Part shown: positions 50,724 to 58,635 of the stretch, piece by piece
Position numbering within the stretch: the stretch's first letter is position 1
How the letters are laid out: every line of letters begins with the position of its first letter
Made by a program: the position numbers and the translations under genes
Assembly (NCBI RefSeq): GCF_000181795.1
Contig: NW_003526941.1
Coordinates: 7,367,930 to 7,426,564, forward strand
Origin: Trichinella spiralis
Taxonomy: Eukaryota
Length of the DNA: 58,635 bases
Reading direction: 5' to 3'
The notes under the pieces: model-generated
What the model was told of the DNA's origin: nothing
The model's database searches: none
The model's input: the letters and a program-made list of their open reading frames with translations, nothing else

Positions 50724-51749
50724 ATGCCTATTGACTACTCCAAGTGGAAGGATATTGAAGTATCCGACGATGAGGATGATCTGTCGCCGCATTTTGAGAA
50801 GAACGCATTTTTTGAAATGCGTCATCGTGAACGGATTAATCGAATGGAAGAGGAGAAGCAGTATGATGATATGATTGAAGAGAAGTATAAAAGTGTTTCG
50901 ATGGAGTTGGAAAAGTTGAAAGAGCAGCAACAGCAAGATGGTAGTTGCGAAACTGAAGAAGAAATGAAAAGAAATAAAGAAAAAGAAGAAGAACTACAAT
51001 TTGAGTTGAAAGAGTTGCAGCTTTGCAAGGAGGAAATAGCTGAACGGCAAAGAAAAGCTAAATGGAATGTTGATACCATTTCGCGACCAGGTTTCGAACG
51101 AACATGCATCAGCACAGCGTCCAGTGGTGAAGTGGAAGTGGATTTCAACGAAGCAGAGAATGATGCTTTGTTCAACTTTTCATTAATGCATGAATTTGAC
51201 GACTCCATGCGGATACTGATGCGGTATCCTCGTCTTTGCGATCAAAGAGCGTTGAAATTTTTGACCAATCAAATGGTCGTCTCTGGAGTGAACGGCATGA
51301 ACAAATTAGCCGAAGACATTGCTCATCAGCGTGTTTTGTTAAGCTGCTTGTTGCATAATGCGAAAATGAAAAATGCGCACCCAAAAGACCGTTCGTATAT
51401 TGCTGAATTTTTCACCTGCTTGAAAGAATGTCCACGTACAAAGGCCACATTCAATGCTGACGTCCGACATTGCATTGAGGAGTTGAAGGATGAAATGGAG
51501 CGAATCAGAAACTCTGTTGATGAGCAACAACTTGATGCCAAGACGGCTCAGCAGCATGTTTTGGAATCTATGCCGTCAATTCTACGCAAGTCTTTTTTAA
51601 ACCGAGATTACGGTATGTTGAAAGAAGCTGCAGGTGCAATTGGCTTAAAGCTGTTTCAGTTTCATCTCAATCGAGCAATTAGCGTTGGCCTGTGGCGTGA
51701 GGGTCATTCTGATCCAACGTGCCAAACTCCACCGGACGATTCGTCATAA
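50724..51749 (+). CDS. cdc37: Hsp90 co-chaperone Cdc37-like protein, intronless and divergent (341 aa)
   Basis: ATG at 50724. MPIDYSKWKDIEVSDDEDD N-terminus, coiled coil, KWNVDTISRPGFERT, DSMRILMRYPRL, IAHQ, VLESMPSILRKSF and FHLNRAISVGLW all correspond to Cdc37 N/M/C-domain motifs. Confidence 0.88.
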   Translation: MPIDYSKWKDIEVSDDEDDLSPHFEKNAFFEMRHRERINRMEEEKQYDDMIEEKYKSVSMELEKLKEQQQQDGSCETEEEMKRNKEKEEELQFELKELQLCKEEIAERQRKAKWNVDTISRPGFERTCISTASSGEVEVDFNEAENDALFNFSLMHEFDDSMRILMRYPRLCDQRALKFLTNQMVVSGVNGMNKLAEDIAHQRVLLSCLLHNAKMKNAHPKDRSYIAEFFTCLKECPRTKATFNADVRHCIEELKDEMERIRNSVDEQQLDAKTAQQHVLESMPSILRKSFLNRDYGMLKEAAGAIGLKLFQFHLNRAISVGLWREGHSDPTCQTPPDDSS

Positions 51750-53279
51750 TGAGTTGTTTAACCAAGTAAAAAGAAATATTTCTTCGACATTATTTTCCCT
51801 TATCTCAAGTTTATTTATTTTCAAATGCATTTGCAATGATATTCAATTTCTTCTGCTTACCTACGTATCAATTATTTAGTGTAACATAACTATTCATTAC
51901 TATTAATTGTATAACATTTGTTCAATATTTGTTTCTTTAACAGCTAGCTGATTGATCTTCAAACATGCAATTTCTATTTGCTTAGTACTGAATTTGAGGT
52001 TTTGAATTTTCATCTCAATGTCTTAAATTATTTCAATATATGAAAACTGTTCTCTAAAATATTCTATCATTGTTAGAATAAGAATAAATTCACTATAAAA
52101 GTAAATTATTAAAATATAATTCTTGTATATTTATTTACTTCTATTTACATTGCTTTTGAATTCGACATAGCAGTGGATTATTCTGTAATATTAATTTGCG
52201 AATAATATTCTGCAGTAACGCCTAAATTTCATAATTGCTTCAACCGACGGCATCTTAGTAAGTATGTCCCTAATTAACACACACACGCGCGCGCACAACA
52301 AATTTGCATACTCTTTGCAATGAAATAAAGCGTATTTGTTCAAATGCATAAATTCCTTTCTTCTTTTGCTTCCAATACGTTTTGCAAACCACGCGACACG
52401 CTTTTCTATTATAGCAAATAGCAAGAACAATACTATCCAATTGCAGCAACAACAGCAACAGCACTGATCTAAAAACAGGCGATTTACTTCCAAAAAAGAC
52501 TGAACCAAATCTAATTGCGGTATTTCTTGATTTTTTCAATTTGTTTGCTTTTCAGTCATTTCATTCACTTCTGTTGAATTACCATAAACTGCTATAACAC
52601 TTGTATTACTTTATCAGTGTTCTACTTCTTAAAATTTACATGCGCAATTAATTGTTTGCCCAAATCAACCTATGTCTAATAAACGGTAGATACATGGTCG
52701 CGCGAGGTAGCGGTTATTGTAGCACATAGTGCAAGATGGTTTGTATAGTGCAAGTGCAAGCTAGTACAATTTAATGATGGGAAAATATAAAATTAAAATT
52801 TCTGGAAAAATAAAAGAACCTGTCCATCATATGAATAATTATGACACAAAGTTCTTATCAGAAAAAATTAGAAAAAACAGCAACGAACATGCTGCCACTG
52901 TATCTCCCTGTGTCATGTTGTGATATCTCATCATTTTTCTGAAAATTTATTTTTAGAATACCTATTAAAAAGAACAATATATGAACGACTACATATAAGT
53001 AGCTGGAATTTGAAGCACTGGTTATGAAAGTAAAGCACTTCAAATGAATCTTTTTTTGGGAAAACATCATTTCGTTATCTGTTTTATCATTCTCATCTTT
53101 GTATATCATAGCACACTTTCTATTCAATTGAAATTGATGCTCAGTTGGGAAAGTTACGTTTAACACAAGGCGACAATATAAGTTGCAGAAACATTGCCAT
53201 CAAATCGAACTCCATTTATAGAACATTCAAATAAACTGTAATAGTGCAAAAAGCAACTCGGTTTGAAATGAGGATAAAA

Positions 53280-56200
53280 TCTTCCATTCGTTAGTTCCCT
53301 ACTAGGTTATTTCATTTATTCGACCAGTAGAATTGAATTTCTCAATCTGTTGCTGTCAACATTTATTAATACGCGACTGTCTATCGTATGACTTGGATAT
53401 GTTTGATATCATGAAAAAAACAATCATTTCATTGATTTCTATGCTGTTCATGATCCTAATTATTTATAGAGCTTCTCAACGATACCAAGAATGCAGTTGT
53501 TTGAATCAGTTTTTGTTCAGGTCATCATACTCAATTGACGCTTATGCAAATGGCTTTGAATGTTGTTTTTTGTCAAAAAGATTCTTCGCAAATTGTGAAA
53601 ATAAAGTAAAATAACAAATTATGACAAACTAATTCACCCATGCATGGCATTTATTCTAATCTTTCAAGATATATGCATATTAGCTCAGTAGAACAAAGGC
53701 CTGCCTCTAGGGAACACAAATGTATTATTGAATTCTTTCTTCATATATGGGAACAGTATTGTACAATAATTTATTACAGAAACTAACAATAATACTCAAT
53801 TGATTATTTAATGAGATATTTGACAAAATTGCTTGTTAGCAAAGGGGTCATTTACAGAGGGAAATAATGCATGATTCCATGAAAACTATAAACAAAACGT
53901 TTTATTTTGAATTTTTCTTATTTCTGTATCATATTTAATCAATTAAATTGAGTAAATAAAAATTTAGATTTCCAAGGGTTTCTGTATTACAAAAGTGAAA
54001 TTCAGGCACAAATGGTATTGGAATCAGCAACTTTTCCTGGCGGGTATTTGTTCAAATATTTGTATAAATGNNNNNNNNNNNNNNNNNNNNNNNNNNNNNN
54101 NNNNNNNNNNNNNNNNNNNNNNNNNNNNNNNNNNNNNNNNNNNNNNNNNNNNNNNNNNNNNNNNNNNNNNNNNNNNNNNNNNNNNNNNNNNNNNNNNNNN
54201 NNNNNNNNNNNNNNNNNNNNNNNNNNNNNNNNNNNNNNNNNNNNNNNNNNNNNNNNNNNNNNNNNNNNNNNNNNNNNNNNNNNNNNNNNNNNNNNNNNNN
54301 NNNNNNNNNNNNNNNNNNNNNNNNNNNNNNNNNNNNNNNNNNNNNNNNNNNNNNNNNNNNNNNNNNNNNNNNNNNNNNNNNNNNNNNNNNNNNNNNNNNN
54401 NNNNNNNNNNNNNNNNNNNNNNNNNNNNNNNNNNNNNNNNNNNNNNNNNNNNNNNNNNNNNNNNNNNNNNNNNNNNNNNNNNNNNNNNNNNNNNNNNNNN
54501 NNNNNNNNNNNNNNNNNNNNNNNNNNNNNNNNNNNNNNNNNNNNNNNNNNNNNNNNNNNNNNNNNNNNNNNNNNNNNNNNNNNNNNNNNNNNNNNNNNNN
54601 NNNNNNNNNNNNNNNNNNNNNNNNNNNNNNNNNNNNNNNNNNNNNNNNNNNNNNNNNNNNNNNNNNNNNNNNNNNNNNNNNNNNNNNNNNNNNNNNNNNN
54701 NNNNNNNNNNNNNNNNNNNNNNNNNNNNNNNNNNNNNNNNNNNNNNNNNNNNNNNNNNNNNNNNNNNNNNNNNNNNNNNNNNNNNNNNNNNNNNNNNNNN
54801 NNNNNNNNNNNNNNNNNNNNNNNNNNNNNNNNNNNNNNNNNNNNNNNNNNNNNNNNNNNNNNNNNNNNNNNNNNNNNNNNNNNNNNNNNNNNNNNNNNNN
54901 NNNNNNNNNNNNNNNNNNNNNNNNNNNNNNNNNNNNNNNNNNNNNNNNNNNNNNNNNNNNNNNNNNNNNNNNNNNNNNNNNNNNNNNNNNNNNNNNNNNN
55001 NNNGATATAGGAAACGTTCTTTGCATTATCGTGAGGTATTCGTTGAAATTGCGAAGTCCTGTGCAATATTTCCTTGTTTTGGGCAAGTCGATTTTTCTTC
55101 ATTTTCCGTCCATTTGGAATCAATTTATAGAAATTGTTTCAGGATGGTTTGAAATAACCATAAAGTCTTCCAATTATTTGTTTCCTATTGGTTTATTTCA
55201 TTTATTCGATCAGTGGAACTGAATTTCTCAAAATGTAGCTGTCAACATTTATTAATACCTGAGTGTCTAACGTATGACTTGAATATGTTTGATTTCATGA
55301 AAAAACAATCATTTCATTGATTTCTATGCTGTTCATGATCCTAATTATTTATAGAGCTTCTCAACGATACCAAGAATGCAGTTGTTTGAATCAGTTTTTG
55401 TTCAGGTCATCATACTCAATTGACGCTTATGCAAATGGCTTTGAATGTTGTTTTTTGTCTAAAATGATTGTTTGCAAATTGTGAAAATAAAATAAAATAA
55501 CATCGTGTGAGAAACTTTTTCGCCCATGCATGGCATTTACTCTAATCTTTCAAGATATATGCATGTAAGCTCATAAGTACAAACGCCTGCCTCTAGGGAA
55601 CACAAATGTATTATTGAATTCTTTCTTCCTGTATGGGAACAGTACTGTACAATAAATTATTACAGAAACTAACAATAATACTCAATTGATTATTTAATGA
55701 TATATTTGAACACATTTGGCTTGGTAAGCAAACTGACCTTTATACGGGGCAAAGAAATGCATGATTTCCATGAAAACTGGTAAAATGAAACATTTAATTT
55801 TCGAAAAATTCCTACTTTCCTTATCCGTATTTATCCTCTTAAATTGCATAAACTAATCATTTTGNNNNNNNNNNGGTAAATAAAAATTAGATTTCCAAGG
55901 TTCCTGTATTACAAAAGGGAATTCAGGCACAAATGTATGGAATCAGCACTTTGCTCGCGGGTATTGTCAAATATTTGTATAAATGCTAATGAAATGCAAT
56001 TATAGGATGTATTATCAAGCGCGCACGTTTCGCTGCCGTCTCTGTCGTCCCCACTAAAATCGCATCCATGTACAACTTTTTTGCAATATCTCGGCGAATA
56101 CGTGTTTGTACGACGTGCGACCAGGTTTGTATTGATTCACTTAATTTTTCTGATCAATTGATATAACTTTTTCAACAACTTAAAATTTTCGACTTTTCAA

Positions 56201-56590
56201 AAAAGCAAGGCTATAGCCTTTGCTGTTTTTGCGATTTTCGAAAGTAGGCTTTTTTCCAAAATTTCTTTTTTGTTATATATTGCTAAAGTTTGATAAATTA
56301 GAAAGTTCTGGAATGTTCTATTACATACTAACCCGAACTTGTTGAATAAATGGACTCTAAATTTTGCATGCGCCTATCTTAATACACAGGAAAGCAGCCC
56401 ATCTGGAACTCCCTTGAAACGGCTCGAGGATAGTTGAATTTTGATATAGGAAACGTTTTTTGCATTATCGTGAAATATTCGTTGAAATTGTGAAGTCTTG
56501 TACAATATTTCTTTGTTTTGGGCAAGTCTATTTTTCTTCATTTTCCTTCCAATTGGAATAAATTTATAAACATTGTGTCAGGACGGATTG
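53280..56590. repeat. Diverged tandem repeat, unit ~1.44 kb, at least two copies, spanning the large N-gap
   Basis: ~53280-54070 matches ~55165-55985, and 55004-~55150 matches 56443-~56590 (offset 1439). Copies differ by scattered substitutions throughout, not only at gap edges. Confidence 0.8.
54071..55003. other. Assembly gap (N run); smaller 10-N gaps at 39398-39407 and 55865-55874
   Basis: Runs of n in the sequence. Confidence 0.99.
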
Positions 56591-58635
56591 AAATGTAAAT
56601 AAAATCTAAATTTGATTACAAATATCAATGCCACTGACATTTTCATCCTTTACCAGTTCTTGTTCTAGTATAGTTTTATTGAATGGTTGACTTTGCCATT
56701 AGTCTTGATTTTTTCATCGTCGGCTTGCAAAAAGTTTCCCACAATTTTGTGATTGGCTGTTCATTGATAGGTTGTAATGGTTTCGTTATTAATTGGCTGA
56801 TGAATTGTGCAATGTTATTAGTTACTCAATTTTCCTCAGCAATTGGACGAATGTGTAGTAATATTTGATTAGCTCCTTAATTCTGTTCATTGATTGGGTG
56901 ATTATTTTTCATCAAAGATTTCCCCCAATATATATTGCATTACAGCTTAATTATCTTTTTCCTTGGTAGCAGTAGTTTTATGTAATATTATAGATGTTTA
57001 TTTAATCTGATTTTCCTTTATTTACATTCATAAGGAGCAACAGGTGTTTAAATCAACACTGAAAAGGGAATTCATTTATTCATATTATAATATTCATATT
57101 ATTCATATTATATGAAAGTTGAATACGAACGTAATAACTTTTATAGTTAGTAAAATTTTCGATTATATTGATGTCATTCCGCTATTACCACTATACGTGC
57201 GGTGATTTCAACTTTGCTACGCTAACTATTCTAATTTCTTGGACTTGATCTTGATCTAATTTTAAGAATATCGTCCTCGTGGTTATTTAGCTAATCAATG
57301 CTCTGCACAGCAGTCAAGAAGCGCGTTGAGCTCTTTTTCTCAATACCGTTTTCATTTAGGTGGTAAGTGATATTTCATTCCTGAGCCCCTGTTCTATTTA
57401 TATACGGTTCGCATCAGACAACGTGTTAATCACAAATGGAGGTTAAACAATATGATGCAGTTTGAATGTACTAAAGAATCCATGATAAACTTGCTGTATA
57501 ATTCGTGAACCCTGTCAGTGCGCTTTTTTTCGCTTTTTACCTTTTTTTTCTATATATTGATATATATCCATAAAGCAATATGAGTAGTAAAGGTAAGTTA
57601 TCACTTGATCGGTTGGTGCTTGTTCATCCAAGAATGCAAGTAGACAAACTCTACTTCACGATACTTCTAACAGCGTATAGTGCAGTTTGGAATAGAAAAA
57701 GAAGTTGTGCTTGTTCAGCAATTAATTTCCAAAGTATTATCATCGTGCTAGTACAGCCTCATTTACGAAAGACACTATTTTATACTTCTTTAATTTACGA
57801 CATAATATTATTTGTGATAGATAGTGGCTTTGATCTGCAACGTATTCAGGGTTCTGTTGTTGTTCAGCAATTATTATAATCTTTGGTGTTTGCTCATTAC
57901 ATTGTTATTATACGTTTTCAAAGCATACATGCATTTCTAGGTCAGAAGAGTAACTTTATGCTAATGTGATGGTAAACACTGCCGTTGGCATTCTGCTACG
58001 TGCACTGTGTGTTATTCAAATGCGGTAGCAATGTTCCTTATATAAATTTCTGTTTATTGAGAGAACTGCATTATAGTATAAATGTTCGCTGCTGAATGGC
58101 GGTCTACTTACTTACTGCATTGCGTTATTTGGGTCATTTCCATGCTTCACTGCAACAATTACGTTGTGATTGTTAGACTAAAAATATGAAGAAACCACGA
58201 ACATCAGTTACAAAATGTATGACTCTACGTTTGCTTTATGCGTCATTTCTGACAGGTCTGCTGACAGGTATGAATTTTCATATATTTGCTATTTTTCATA
58301 TAATGTTTTCTTTCTTTCTCTTGGCACACTGCACTAAACATGAGCGCTTTTTAAGCTTTTCGTAGTTGCTTAATTTTAGTCTTTTTGAATGCAACTAGCG
58401 CGTTGTTCTTCGTAATGATATTCAACTAAATATTCGAGACTTTATTACGGAGAAGCCAATATATAATAGTACTAATGTTATATTTTGCTATAATTTTCAA
58501 TATTCTTTTCAAATCCATTTGTAAAGTAGTCTCCTGACATTGCAGTTGAACTCCTCCCGCATTATCTTTACTGTCACTGTAATGTTTATTCCTAAGGTAC
58601 ATACTGCCCATTGTTAAGGAAATGTCTGTTACCGG

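Noticed and set aside
52690..52770. GC-richer patch with repeated TAGTGCAAG, considered as a small RNA
   Set aside because: No tRNA, snRNA or snoRNA box pattern or convincing hairpin recognised.
53995..55222. Long ORFs of 330-385 aa in the ORF track
   Set aside because: Artefacts of translating the N gap.
58426..58611. 61-aa minus-strand ORF at the window edge
   Set aside because: No recognisable motif. It may be a fragment of a gene extending outside the window, but cannot be supported.
1..58635. CRISPR arrays, rRNA/tRNA genes, transposase or reverse-transcriptase ORFs, prokaryotic operons
   Set aside because: None seen by eye. The sequence is eukaryotic and intron-rich; covariance-model searches were not possible.

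Overview
AT-rich eukaryotic genomic scaffold with short GT-AG introns, many microsatellites and three N-gaps. It is most consistent with a clade I nematode such as Trichinella, an inference from gene style and content. Genes were assembled by hand across introns, in order: Smaug/SAMD4 RNA-binding protein (+), intronless URB1/Npa1 (+), a small 3-exon membrane protein that the ORF track captures only in part (-), a secreted protein with two divergent Kunitz-like domains (-), a ~13 kb locus of alternating Kunitz and Lustrin-type Cys-rich modules (-), the golgin TRIP11/GMAP-210 (-, with an assembly-duplicated kilobase), Pellino (+, head-to-head with TRIP11), a secreted CAP/SCP + DUF5648-like fusion (-) and an intronless divergent Cdc37 (+). 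A ~1.4 kb tandem repeat surrounds the large gap. The most interesting points are the Kunitz locus (two phase-compatible alternative starts, two alternative last exons, 18 four-Cys domains with six-Cys domains only at the ends), the Cdc37 copy lacking its HPNID kinase-engaging motif, and the small membrane gene. All homology calls come from motif recognition, not database searches.
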